Assembly: GCA_964016885.1 (NCBI GenBank)
Contig: OZ024746.1
Span: 76,384,001 to 76,448,000 of the forward strand
DNA: 64,000 bases
Direction: 5' to 3'
DNA from: Eledone cirrhosa
Lineage: Eukaryota
The position numbers were made by a program, and so were the translations under genes. Of the stretch, positions 29,711-44,085 are shown piece by piece. The notes under the pieces were generated by a model. It did no database searches. It was not told the origin of the DNA and worked only from the letters and a program-made list of their open reading frames with translations. The stretch's first letter is position 1, and every line of letters starts with the position of its first letter.

Positions 29711-30197
29711 CTGTCAAAGGCAAAATTAAAAATAAAACATTAAGAGAATACAATAGAAAAATTCTGTCAAGTTAAATTATTGGAACATTGCGCTCATTTT
29801 GTTATATTTATCATCATTATCGTCAAAGTAATTTAACATGTTTTTCTCAGCAAGGGTTGGATGAGTTATCACAGGCTGGGCCAGTACTTAATCAGAGCAA
29901 CTAACCTCTCAGATGGGCCAGTGGTTGCATCTCATCTATGTACTTTTCAGAGTATACTTCATGCATTTTTCATGGTACCATCACTTGGGAGCCTATGATG
30001 TCTTTCACACAACTGAAGAGTCTCCTCAGCCCTTGTTTGGCAAGTTTTCTATAGGTGGATGCCCCTTTTATCTTCAATTTCATATATATATATATATAAA
30101 TGGCTGATTCAATACACGTGTGCTTTTTTTTCTTAATTTTTATTCCGTTCCTTCCTCATTCTTTATCTTTCTATTTCATCTTTTATTTCTCATTCTA

Positions 30198-30233
30198 TCT
30201 TCTGATGAAAGACTAGTGTCCGAAACGTTAAGA
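30198..30233 (+). ncRNA. Minimal hammerhead ribozyme motif in a solo Penelope-type repeat (about 30100-30310)
   Basis: tctt-CTGATGA-aa-gac/tagt/gtc-c-GAAA-cg-TT-aaga: 4-bp stem I and palindromic AACGTT stem III, flanked by (TA)n. Confidence 0.72.
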
Positions 30234-31419
30234 CTCTTTTCCTATTATTTCAAGCATAAAACTAATATATTCCTTCATTGTACTGTGTTGTTTGCTTTGT
30301 TGTTATTATATATTATATATATCCTCATCGTTTAATGTCCATCTTCCACGCATATATATATATATATATATATAATGATATAATGTATGTGTGTGTGCGT
30401 GTGTTTAGTATTGATGAACACAAGAATGAGTACTCAATACCATAAAAGAGTTTCTAGATCCAGTTTAGTACTACCTAAAGAACCTGTAGCATACAGGAGA
30501 AACTGCACAGTAACAGGTCACTAGATATCAACCTTAATAAATAAACTATATATAAGAAACTGGGCTGTATTGACAATGATAGGCTTTATTCAACCTGTGG
30601 TGGCTAAGTAACTGCTTCCGTTCCACAAGTCATGTGACAATACAGTAAGAACAACATTTGGATTATAACCAGTAAAGCATTTATGTATGCTAAATTTGAG
30701 GATAACATCTGTTAGGTTGTATTAGCATAGTGGTCTATGTAGTTGTCCAGTATACAAGAGATACATGGCTCAATTCCTGCAGATGATTCTGTCACATTTC
30801 TGTCGTACTTACCATTCATATAAAATGCAGAGCTTAAGTGTATCATTAAAAAATGTAACTGCAATATTATACATCATTATCACCACCCACTATTCAACCT
30901 CTGTATGATGATGATTATAATGATGATATATAATACAGTGGTTACATTTTTTTACGATATAACACCTATACAACCATTTTACCAAGCCCACACTATAAAG
31001 TGGTCATGTAGATGTCATGACAAAAAGCACCCAGTACTCACTGTAGATGTGGTTGGTGTTAGGAAGGGCATCCGGCTATAGAAACCATACCAAAATCAGT
31101 TCTATATGAGCAAGACATGGTCTCATGACTTGGCCTATTTCTCAACAAGACAACTTATCTAACTCATGCTAGCATGGAAAATAGATGTTAAACAGTGATG
31201 ATGCTGATAGGGTTGTGTCAAGGCTTGACAGCCTCCCTAGTGTTTGGTGATCTACATGATAAATGTGCATGCGCGCGTGTGTGTGTGTGTATGTATAATT
31301 TACAGTATAATTTTAGTACTTTTTAATTATACAAGAAACATATTCAAAGAAAATAACAATACTCCCAAAATTCATTGAAGTAAGAGAAAAGGTAAGAAAA
31401 TAGTTTTCGTAGTATTTAC

Positions 31420-31632
31420 CTTAATATAAGTTTGACATGTGGACAATGGTAGACCAACCATACTGATACCATTTATGGAAATGATTTGGTCACCAATATT
31501 GAGCCCGCCACACCTGGCTGCCGGACCTGATGGGGCCATATTTGCCAAAACTACAGTGGGGACCATTGAACCCCAGCCAGACTCAACTATCACAATACCA
31601 ATAGGTTCCCCTTTTAATTTGGGCACAATTAC
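31420..31632 (-). CDS. lin-10/APBA: X11/Mint/APBA exon: PDZ1
   Basis: [71 protein letters not shown] (71 aa), cag/gtaaa splice sites, phase 0; ESGWGS is the Mint PDZ1 signature. Confidence 0.96.
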
Positions 31633-33847
31633 CTGAAATATAGAGATATAAAATAAATTATACATTAATGTTTGCTGTCCCATAACACATGAAACCACAT
31701 TAGCAAAATATTCTTGAAAAGTACAAAACAGCACTGTGACTGCATTACGTTAAAAATTAAAGCCCTTATTCTAATACTGCAAAATTTCACAATGATCTGT
31801 CTATTAATAAAGATACTGTAAACATTTGAATTAACAAGCCACATTAACACAGCATTCTTGAAAATTATAGAACAACACTATCTTACATTGAGAATTAAAG
31901 ATTTTACTCTAAAACAGCAGATTTGCAAAATGATCTGCCCACAAGTAAGGATACTATAGTCATTAGCAAATCTATTTTTACATAGAGAAGAAGGAGGAGG
32001 AGGAATATAACATGTCGAGGAAGCAGTAAATTAGAAGCTACATATAATTACAAGAATGCTTATTTAACTTTATGTCTTTGATAAGAAACTAAGTAGTCTT
32101 ACAATGTGGTATTTATATTTATCTAAAAATCTTCCATTATAATTTTATTTCAAACCCTAACCCTTTCATGACCATATTTCTAAAGAAATATTCTCTATTT
32201 CGATTAGTTAATGAAGAATTTTGAGGGATTTACTAAAATTATTAATCATTTCATTACTAAGATAATAACTTAATGTCAGATTCTTATATAAAATTATGTT
32301 GGAAGATTTTAATTTAAATTGGAAACCTTTAAAATGTATGGTTTTATTTCATAGAATCAGAGCCAGTTTTGGCCGAGTTGGCAACAAAAGGGTTAAGTTA
32401 TGTTCCAAACATCAGCTTGATAAAGCTAAAGTTAGTTATGTTACTAAATCCCTCTAAATTCTTTATTTTCCAAATTATTTCAAATTATTTGAAAAACCAT
32501 AGACAGTGTCTTCCATTAGAAATATGTTAATAAAAGAGTTAATACAGTATATTTATTCCTAATATTAGCATCAGCATTTAGAAATGTATCCCTACTCAAA
32601 ACCCCCTATCCCTAAAAACACTCTCTTATTTGCTGACATCTATATATGTGTGGGTTGGATCTCTGCTGTGTTTCAGTTGTTTGAACAATAGCCTTTAATG
32701 AAATTAAAATGTAATTGGCAGAGAATTCCACAGACATGTGTACTCTTAATGTAGTTCGTAGATTTATCATGACACAGTTTTTGACAGTTACCCCTTTGAA
32801 TTACAGGTATAACTCACTTTTGCTAGCTGAGTGGACTGGAGCAACATAAAATATAGTGTCAAGGATACAATGTGTCATCATGAATTGAACTCACAGCCAT
32901 ACAATTGTGAACCAAACACTCTAACCACTAGGCAATACACCTTCACTTGCTAACACCTAAATAATGAATAAGCACAAAGTTGTACCCGAGAAAGAAATAG
33001 AAAGGGAGGAACTGGATAAAAACATTATTATTGTGATGACGGTGATGATGATGCAAGTGGTAAAGGTATAGTTATTATTATGGCTAAATAAATTTTATCA
33101 GCTAGTTATAATAGCAACCCAGTACAGAAGGAGGAGGGGAGCAGGGGAGGAGCTGATGTTTACTGCTTAAAGCTGATCAGTTGGGGGTCAGCAGTCAATT
33201 AGAGGGCTACCAGTACACACTGTAGAGCAGCAGATATTTAAACTATGATTCATAAATAGAGTCACTGCTTGCTTGCCTGCTCTCTGTAAAACACTATAAA
33301 AAGAATAATTGCAGATCTTGAAATATTATTTGTACATATGTAAAACATTCATTTTCCAGTAGTGTTAAGATTATTAAACCTTTTGCTTTCTCTACAATTC
33401 CATAAAAGTAAAGCAAATGTCATCTCTGAAATAACCCTTTTGTTACCATATTTCTAATGAAAGACACTGCCAGTGATTTCGAAATCATTTTGAAAATGAT
33501 CAAGAATTTGAAAGGATATAGTAATATAACTAACTTTTTAGTATTAAGCAGGGATTTGGAACATAATTCAACAAAATTTCTAACATAAAATTATGATGAA
33601 AAGCTTATGAATAAATGTAAACACTTTACAAAAAAAGAGTGTTGTATCACAGCATCAAGAATAGTTTCAGGTGTTTCGTTGAAAAGTGAAAACAACTATT
33701 TTGTCAGAAACATTTATAAATTTTGCTACAGCTGTATTTTCCAAAGAGGCTTCCATGAAAACAATTTGGGATATATGTTTATGTATGTATACATATATAA
33801 TATATATATATATACATATATAATATATATATATATATATAATATAT

Positions 33848-33950
<103 letters not shown>

Positions 33951-33999
33951 CATATATATATATATACATATATAATATATAATATATATATATATATAT

Positions 34000-34042
<43 letters not shown>

Positions 34043-34095
34043 TAATATATATATATACATATATAATATATATATATACATATATAATATATATA

Positions 34096-36238
34096 TATGC
34101 TAAAGGACCCCACAGCCAGTAATAAATTTAAAAGCATATTACTTGATGCTTTTGATAGTAAGGAAGAGCAATTAGAGTCGTACAATATAGAGGAACAGTG
34201 GGAATTCCTGAAAGCTAACCTGCTGAAGGCGACAGATGAAATCTGTGGCTGGAGCAGACCTATAGGTAGAAGGAGAGTAACTTGGTGGTGGAACAGTAAG
34301 GTGGAGGAGTAAATCAAGGCCAAAAAGCAGGCTTGGAAAGCATGGTGGGATGGGGGAAGTAGAGAAGACTATCAAGTGGCCAGGAGGGAAGCTAGGACAC
34401 AAGTGTACTTCGCAAGAAGGGAAGCAGAAGAAAGAAAGTTCAAGCATGTTCTACAACGCGAGGACCAAAAATGGTGAGGTGTTCAGGATTGCTAGGCAAT
34501 ATGTCAAGGAAAACCGGGATATTGTCGGGGAGAAGTGTGTCCTTAATGATGATGGTGTACTTGCCATCACTGACGCTGATAAGAAGGTAGCTTGGAAGTG
34601 TCACTATGAAAGGCTACTAAATGAGGAGAATAATTGGGAGAAAGACAGTCTCTCCCACATCGATCCAATAGAGGCACCAGCAGTGCAAGTTGAAGGTAGT
34701 ATAATAAGTAAGGCAATCAAAGACATGAAGACAGGCAAGGCGGCTGGGCCTTCGGAAATAGTTGCTGAAATGCTGAAAGCATCTGGAATGGTGGAACAAA
34801 CTATGGTCACCCGGATAGTAAACCAAGTCATACAGAATGGGGTCGTTCCGAAGGACTGGCGTAGCAGCATCATCATTAACTGCTACAAGGGCAAAGGAGA
34901 TGCCCTAGATAGGGGAAACTATAGAGGCATTAAATTAATTGACCAGGTCATGAAGGTCACAGAAAAAGTAATAGCGCAACTAATCAGAGAGCGAATTGAT
35001 CTAGATGAAATGCAGTTCGGGTTTGTGTCAGGTAAAAGTACAACAGACGCTCTTTTCATTGTACGACAACTACATGAGAAGTACCTAGCTAAAAGTAAAC
35101 CCCTATACTTAGCTTTTGTTGACTTGGAGAAAGCCTTTGACAGAGTACCCCGCTCGATTATCTGGTGTTGATGAATGGCTTGTGAGAGCTATACAAGCCA
35201 TGTATAAAGAAACAGTCAGCAAGGTTAGAATTAACAACGAATATAGTGAAGAGTTTAGCGTAAAATATGGTGTCCATCAGGGCTCCGTCCTTAGCCCCCT
35301 ACTATTTATTATTGCCCTTCAGGCTATAACAGAGGAGTTCAAGACCGGCTGCCCATGGGAACTCCTATATGCAGATGATCTAACGCTCATAGCTGAATCA
35401 ATGGCTGAACTAGAGAAGAAATTCCAAACATGGAAGCATGGCCTAGAATCAAAAGGCCTTAAAATTAACCTGTCTAAGACTAAAGTTCTAGTTTGTAGGA
35501 AGCAAAATAGGGCACTGGTCCCATCTGGGAAATGGCCATGCTCAGTGTGTAGGAAAGGAGTAGGCAGAAACTCCATTTTATGTCCCAAATGCAAAGTATG
35601 GGTGCATAAAAGATGTAGTGGGACACAGGTAAGCTAACTAAGAATATAGATTTTATATGTGGCTGGTGCTCAGGTGCAATAAGTAGCAAGTGCCCACAGT
35701 ATACTAGCTCATTCCATTGCACAGATGGTTCTATAGAAATAGTGGACACCTTCCGTTACCTGGGTGACAAAATCAGCAGTGGTGGAGGGTGCTCTGAAAG
35801 TACAGTAGCTAGAGTCAGAACGGGAAGGAAAAAGTTCAGAGAGCTTATACCACTATTGGCCGCTAAAGGGTTCTCTCTAAAAATGAAAGGCAGGCTGTAT
35901 GATGCCTGCATACGAACAGCAATGTTACATGGCAGTGAGACTTGGGCATTGTGTGCAGAGGATATACGCAGACTGGAGAGGAACGAAGCTTGCATGCTCC
36001 GTTGGATGTGTAATAGTAATATACGTGAACGGCAAATTAGGAATAAGAGGAATCAGATGTTGTTTACTCAAGAGAAGACTACGTTGGTATGGTCACGTGA
36101 TGCGCATGAAAGACGACAGCTGTATAAAAAAGTGCAGGACGATAAAAATAGACGGTAGCCACGGAGTAGGCAGACCCAGAAAAACCTGGGACGACTTGAT
36201 AAATTCCGACCTCACCCACTTACACCTCTCCAAGACAA
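34096..36238 (+). mobile_element. 5'-truncated, disrupted RTE LINE copy
   Basis: Consecutive ORF pieces 34097-34312, 34350-35171, 35116-35637, 35742-36158 and 35899-36303 are homologous to the 1022-aa ORF, with stops and frameshifts. Confidence 0.92.
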
Positions 36239-36404
36239 TATATATATATATAGGGACTGGGGTCCATATCATTCCACTGCAAAGCACCCAGCACTCACTG
36301 TAAATGAGGGTGGTGTTAGGAAGGGCATCCAGCTGTAGAAATCAAGCCAGAATCATTTCCTGTCCCACCCTTGCAAGCAGGGAAAAAGTGGACGTAAATA
36401 AATG

Positions 36405-37293
36405 AATATACATATATAATTTATATATATTATATATATACATATATAATATATATATATATACATATATACATATATAATTTATATATATTATATATAT
36501 ACATATATAATATATATATATACATATATACATATATAATTTATATATATTATATATATACATATATAATATATATATATACATATATACATATATAATT
36601 TATATATATTATATATATATACATATATAATATATATATATACATATATACATATATAATTTATATATATTATATATATATACATATATAATATATATAT
36701 ATACATATATACATATATAATTTATATATATTATATATATACATATATAATATATATATATACATATATACATATATAATTTATATATATTATATATATA
36801 CATATATAATATATATATATACATATATAATTTATATATATTATATATATACATATATAATATATATATACATATATAATATATAATTTATATATATTAT
36901 ATATATACATATATAATATATATATACATATATAATATATAATTTATATATATTATATATATACATATATAATATATATATACATATATAATATATAATT
37001 TATATATATTATATATATACATATATAATATATATATACATATATACATATATAATTTATATATATTATATATATACATATATAATATATATATATACAT
37101 ATATACATATATAATTTATATATATTATATATATACATATATAATATATATATATACATATATACATATATAATTTATATATATACATATATAATATATA
37201 TATATACATATATAATATATATATATACATATATAATATATATATATACATATATGATATATATATATACATATATAATATATATATATATAC
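36405..37293. repeat. AT satellite with about 60-bp higher-order unit
   Basis: The marker taatttatatatattata recurs at roughly 60-bp spacing. Confidence 0.9.
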
Positions 37294-38191
37294 ATCATCA
37301 TCATCATCATCACCGTTTTACGTCCGTTCTTCCACGCTAGCATGGGTTAGACGGGTTGTCCTGTTGTGGGCAGTGTCTGGTCGGCTGACCATGCCTTGCT
37401 CATACAGGAACTGATCTGGCTTGATTTCTACAGCTGGATGCCCTTCCTAACACCAACCTCATTTACAGTGAGTGCTGGGTGCTTTTTCGTGGCGCCTACA
37501 CGTCCACTTTACAGTGTGGGCTGGGTGCTTTTTTGCCGTGGCACCTCCACGACCACCTTGCGGTGGGGGGGGGGGCATATTGTTTATATGCTTCAGCATG
37601 TACCCATGGGAGGTCGGGTACCCTGTATTACTGCGTGACGCCAGAAGTCACGGTCGTGTGTCATTGACTTTGAGAGGTGTAGTTGGGTAAGGTCGGCTTT
37701 TATCACCTCATCCCAAGTCATCTTGGGTCTCCCCACTCCGCGGTTTCCATCAACTTCTAGTGCTCTGCACCTTTTTATGCAGCTGTCATCCTTCATACGC
37801 ATCACATGTCCATACCAGCGTAACCGCCTCTCCTGCACGCAGCATTTGATTCCTCTTATGCTCAGTCTCTCTCTCAATTCATTTATGCTTTGTCGTTCAC
37901 GTATATTACTGTTACACATCCATCGGAGCATGCAGGCTTCGTTTCTCTCTAATCTACGTAAGTCTTCCACCTTCAGCGCCCAGGTCTCACTACCATGCAA
38001 CATCGCTGTTCGGATACACGCATCATACAGTCTGCCTTTCATTCTGAGGGAGAAGCCTTTTGCAGCTAGCAGTGGTAGTAGTTCCCTAAACTTCTTCCAT
38101 CCCGTTCTTACCCTAGTTATTGTACTTTCTGAGCACCCACCTCCGTTGCTAATTCGGTCATCTAGGTAGCAGAAGCTGTCTACTGTTTCTA
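37294..38191 (-). mobile_element. RTE LINE 3' fragment with extended 3' end and (TGA)n tail
   Basis: ORF piece ETVDSFCYL...RLRWYGHVMRM...GRPKMTW, followed by a SINE-like unit ending in (TGA)n. Confidence 0.9.
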
Positions 38192-38656
38192 CATATATAA
38201 TATATATATATACATATATAATATATATACATATACATATATAATATATATACATATACATATATAATATATATATATACATATATAATATATATACATA
38301 TATAATATATATATATACATATATAATATATATACATATATAATATATATATATACATATATAATATATATATATTATATATATACATATATAATATATA
38401 ATATATATATATTATATATATACATATATAATATATATATATACATATATAATATATATATATACATATATTATATATATACATATATAATATATAATAT
38501 ATATAATATATATATACATATATAATATATATATGTACATATATAATATATAATATATATACATATATTATATCTATACATATATATTTACATATATATA
38601 TATATATACATATATATATACATATATAATATATATATATACATATATAATATATA

Positions 38657-41600
38657 TCATCATCATCATCATTTTACGTCCGCTTTTCCCTGCTTGCAAG
38701 GGTGGGACGGGTCTTATTCAGCACAACATCTCTCCACTCGTCACGGTCCCTCGTCATCTCCACCGTGAGCTTCAATGATCTGAGGTCTGTTCTCACCACC
38801 TCCGCCCATGTTTTTCGTGGTCTACCTCTACCACGTCTTCCTTCAACTGGCATTTCCTGGCACTTCTTCACCCATCGGTCATCCTCCATGCGCATCACAT
38901 GTCCATACCACCTCAGTCTCCTCTCCCGTACACTACATTCTATCCCTCTCAGACACAATTTCTCTCTCAACACATTTATGCTGGGTCGTTCACGCACATT
39001 TACACTGCACATCCAATGGAGCATGCTTGCCTCATTTCTCTCCAGCCGTCGCATATCCTCTGCGGTTGCTGCCCATGTCTCACTACCATGCAGCATCGCG
39101 CTCCTCACACAGGCATCATACAACCGGCCTTTCGTACGCAGGGAGAAACCCTTCTTCGTCAACAGAGGAAGCAGCTCCCTAAACTTCTTCCAACCCGTCC
39201 TTATTCTAGATACTATGGCCTCGGAACACCCTCCTCCCATGCTAATCTGATCTCCTAGGTACCGGAAGCTATCCACCACTTCTATAGCGCCCTCTCGCAT
39301 TTGAAAAATGTGTCTATCAGTGCGACTTCTACTGTCTAATTTCCCTGTACATCTACTGCATACATATTTCTCCTTATCTGTTAGTTTGCCTGCTATCCCG
39401 CTACATCTCTTGTGTACCCAGGACCTGCATTGTGTGCATTTTATAGAATTTATGCCAGTTCCTTTTCTGCATATCGAACATGGCCATTTCCCTGACGGAA
39501 TCAGGGTTTTGTCCTCTTTTCTACTCATCAACACTTTTGTCTTAGCTAGATTTACTCTCAGTCCTCTTGCTTCCAACTGCTGTTTCCATAGCCGGAATTT
39601 ATTCTCTAGCTCCTCTACTGATTCTGCTATAAGAGCCAGATCGTCAGCATAGAGAAGTTCCCATGGACAGCCAGTCTTAAACTCCTCTGTTATGGTTTGG
39701 AGGACTATAATGAACAAGAGCAGGCTGAAGACCGAACCCTGATGTACTCCTACTTGTATCTGGAATTCCTCACTAAACTCCATTCCTACCCTGACTTTAC
39801 TGAGAGTACCTCTGTACAAAGTTTGCACTGTCCTCACAAGCCATTCCTCAACACCTAGCTTCCTTAGGGACCACCAGATGACAAATCGGGGTACCCTATC
39901 AAAGGCCTTCTCTAGGTCAACAAAGGCTAAGTATAGTGGCTTATTCTTCTCTAAGAACCTCTCTTGCATTTGTCTCACCAAGAAGAGGGCATCTGTTGTA
40001 CTCTTCCCAGGCACAAAACCAAACTGCATCTCATCTAGTTTGACCCTTTCTCTAATTAATTGTGCTAAAATCCTTTCTGCCACTTTCATAACCTGATCTA
40101 TCAGTTTTATACCCCTATAATTGCTCCTCTCCAAAGCATCCCCTTTACCTTTGTAGCAATTTATGAGAATACTGCTGCACCAGTCTTTGGGTATGACACC
40201 ACCATATATAGCCTGATTGATGATGCGTGCAACCAGTTTAGTGCCTACGTCCCCTGATGCCTTCAGCATCTCAGCAACTATTCCCGATGGTCCGGCCGCC
40301 TTACCGTTTTTCATTTCCCTAATCGCCTCTTGGACCCTATATTCGTCAATCTCAATAGCTGGTCCCTCTGTCGGATCTACCAAGGGTAATTTCTCTCTCT
40401 CCCATTCGTTCTCCACATTCATCAGTCTCTCATAATGACATTTCCAGGCCTCCTTTTTCTGGTCATTCGTGACACTAAGTACACCAGCATCATCCCGGAC
40501 ACATTTATCTCCAACAACATCCTGATTTGCATTGACACACTGCCTTGCAATGTGGAACACCGCACGCCTCTGATCTTCCCGTCGCAGAACATTGGCAAAC
40601 CTCCTACTCTCTGACTCCCTGCGTGCTAAGTACACCTGACGTCTAGCTTCTCTCATAGTGGCTGTATATTCTTCCCTACTCCCACCCTTTTTCCAAGCCT
40701 TCCATGCTAGTCTTTTGTCTCTAATAGCCTTATCTACTGTGCTGTTCCACCACCAGGTCACTCTCTGTCTGGTTGGAGCTCTGCTCCAGCCACAGGTTTC
40801 ATCAGTAGCCTGCAGCAAGTTGTCACGTAAGAACTTCCAGTTATTATCTATGTCATACGTCTCTAAATCGTCTTCTTTTCCGTCATATACATCTTGAAGG
40901 GCTTTCCTAAATTTGTATTTTAGTGAAAGGTCTTTTAGCTTCCAGACCTTTCTTCTCCACACCTTCCTATATGTCTCATTCCATCTCTTGCTTACTGAGA
41001 TATCACTAACAACTAACCTATGCTGTGGGGTACATTCTTCCCCAGGGTATGCCTTGGTATTAGACACTATCTGCCTGTCCCGCTGCCTAACTAGCAGGAA
41101 GTCAATCTGGCTTATGTGCTCACCAGATTTGTAGGTTATTAGGTGATTGGCAGGTTTCTGGAAGTTTGTGTTGCAAATAGTCAATGTACTCGCATCACAA
41201 AATTCAAGAAGTCTCACTCCTTCTTCATTTCTTGAACCGTAACCGTGCCCACCATGTACCCCAGTGTAACCATCCTGGAGCTGTCCAACATGACCATTGA
41301 AGTCTCCTGCTAACATAACGATGTCTCCGTCCTCTGTCATTGTGGTTGTTTGCAAAAGTTGCTCATAAAAGCAGTCTTTCTCATCTTTGCCTAGGCCTGC
41401 TTGGGGAGCATAGACCAAGATGATTGTCAGTTGTCTCCTACCTACAACTAATCTAAGCTTAATTATTCGATTACTAACTCGAACTACCTCTATTGTCTTA
41501 TTGATCCATTTCTCAGCCAGGAAAATGCCTACTCCCCCTAACCCATCATCCTTACCTACCCAGAATAGCTTATAGCTAAGACGCTTGCCTACGACTAGTC

Positions 41601-41933
41601 TCGCAGAGGCACCTCTCCATCTCACCTCTTGCACGCAGCACACATCCACCTGCCTTCTCTCCAGCATCTCCGGTATTTCAGCAGATCTACCTCTGAGAGT
41701 GCCAACATTAAGTGTTGCAACTCTGAGATGCGACGTCTTCATATTTTTCTATGCTGTTTTGTTGCTGTGCTGATAAGCTTTTTGGCATTGATACACTGGT
41801 TGGATGCCTTTCCTAACACCAGCGCCACTTTACAGCATGGACTGGGTGCTTTTATTTGTGCCACCAGCACTAGAGAGGATGTCTTACTAGACTCAAGGGC
41901 CCTCTCTACCCCTCCATTTTACAGCATGGTCAT
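38657..41933 (-). mobile_element. Near full-length RTE-clade LINE
   Basis: Single uninterrupted ORF, about 190-nt 5' leader containing ggtgttaggaaaggcatcc, and 3' end cccttgcaagcagggaaaagcggacgtaaaa followed by a (TGA)n tail. Confidence 0.92.
38674..41742 (-). CDS. RTE LINE ORF: AP endonuclease + reverse transcriptase + PHD-type zinc finger (1022 aa)
   Basis: EN motifs VATLNVGTL, CVQEVRW, GDFNGHVG, SQIDF; RT motifs FVDLEKAFDRV, GVHQGS, LLYADDL, FRYLG; RTE C-terminal RLRWYGHV and RGRGRPRKTW. Confidence 0.95.
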   Translation of the reverse strand: MKTSHLRVATLNVGTLRGRSAEIPEMLERRQVDVCCVQEVRWRGASARLVVGKRLSYKLFWVGKDDGLGGVGIFLAEKWINKTIEVVRVSNRIIKLRLVVGRRQLTIILVYAPQAGLGKDEKDCFYEQLLQTTTMTEDGDIVMLAGDFNGHVGQLQDGYTGVHGGHGYGSRNEEGVRLLEFCDASTLTICNTNFQKPANHLITYKSGEHISQIDFLLVRQRDRQIVSNTKAYPGEECTPQHRLVVSDISVSKRWNETYRKVWRRKVWKLKDLSLKYKFRKALQDVYDGKEDDLETYDIDNNWKFLRDNLLQATDETCGWSRAPTRQRVTWWWNSTVDKAIRDKRLAWKAWKKGGSREEYTATMREARRQVYLARRESESRRFANVLRREDQRRAVFHIARQCVNANQDVVGDKCVRDDAGVLSVTNDQKKEAWKCHYERLMNVENEWEREKLPLVDPTEGPAIEIDEYRVQEAIREMKNGKAAGPSGIVAEMLKASGDVGTKLVARIINQAIYGGVIPKDWCSSILINCYKGKGDALERSNYRGIKLIDQVMKVAERILAQLIRERVKLDEMQFGFVPGKSTTDALFLVRQMQERFLEKNKPLYLAFVDLEKAFDRVPRFVIWWSLRKLGVEEWLVRTVQTLYRGTLSKVRVGMEFSEEFQIQVGVHQGSVFSLLLFIIVLQTITEEFKTGCPWELLYADDLALIAESVEELENKFRLWKQQLEARGLRVNLAKTKVLMSRKEDKTLIPSGKWPCSICRKGTGINSIKCTQCRSWVHKRCSGIAGKLTDKEKYVCSRCTGKLDSRSRTDRHIFQMREGAIEVVDSFRYLGDQISMGGGCSEAIVSRIRTGWKKFRELLPLLTKKGFSLRTKGRLYDACVRSAMLHGSETWAATAEDMRRLERNEASMLHWMCSVNVRERPSINVLREKLCLRGIECSVRERRLRWYGHVMRMEDDRWVKKCQEMPVEGRRGRGRPRKTWAEVVRTDLRSLKLTVEMTRDRDEWRDVVLNKTRPTLASREKRT

Positions 41934-43039
41934 TAAAAAAAAGAAAAAAAAAACAAAAAAACTTATTGACACGACTCACACACCAATACTCATGCATACA
42001 AACCACAACCACACATACCAACACTCATTCATGCATACAATCACACACACCACTCACATATATATATACATATATTACCGACAGTACTGATACAAAATCA
42101 AAATCGTCAAAATCAGTATCATGTCAACTGTTGACCTTTCCCAGTCCAGTTCGGCTTGTATATAATAACAATAACAATAATAATTGTTTGCTTTACGCTG
42201 GTAATGGCGGTGGTGGATGGTGTCAGTGTGGTGGTGGTGGATGGTATCAGCGTGGTGGTGGTGGATGGTCAGTGATGGTGGTGCTGTAGCTGTTGTCCTT
42301 CATTTCACTGCTGCTGTTGCTGCAGACAATGGTGTTGATGCTGTTATTGCTGTCGCACATATACAAATACATACACACACACACACATTCAACACAGACG
42401 ATGGTGTTGTTGCTGTTGTTGTTGGTGTTGCTGCTGTTGTTGTTGTAGTTGTTGCTGTGTTGAAATCTGGTCGCATCCACTGAGATATACATATACACAC
42501 ACATACACATATGTATATACACATACATACATCAAAAGAGAGTCAGCAGTATGTCAACAGGGGACAGGACAGCGACCTTAGAGTAATGTGGTGATGGTGG
42601 GGAGCGAGTGTAGGCGTTATTGTTATTGTGGTGACGGGGGGTCAGTGAGATGTTACAAGTTCATAGATCACTTCTCTCTTTTCCTCTCTCTTCAAAATTT
42701 TGAATTTATGGCCTTTTGCAATGGCGGACAAGTATATATAATATATATATATGAAGCAAAGAAAAGAAAATTTTCACTGATATGAAAGATTTCCTGGTAG
42801 AAGTTCAGGTGTATTCAGTGATTGGTATCCAGTTTCGGGGTATCCAATTAGAAAATCCAACGAATCTTTAAGAGGGGTCCACGCAAGCATTGATATATAT
42901 ATGTATATATATGTAAAATGCAAGCAGAAATAACAACGAAAGATTTCCTGGTAGAAGTTCAGGTGTATTCAGTGTTGGTATCCAGTGTCGGGGTATCCAA
43001 TTAGAAAATCCAACGAATTTTTGAGAGGGGTCCACGCAA

Positions 43040-44085
<1,046 letters not shown>

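Noticed and set aside
38702-42090. Plus-strand ORFs over the RTE element
   Set aside because: Antisense shadows of the RTE coding sequence.
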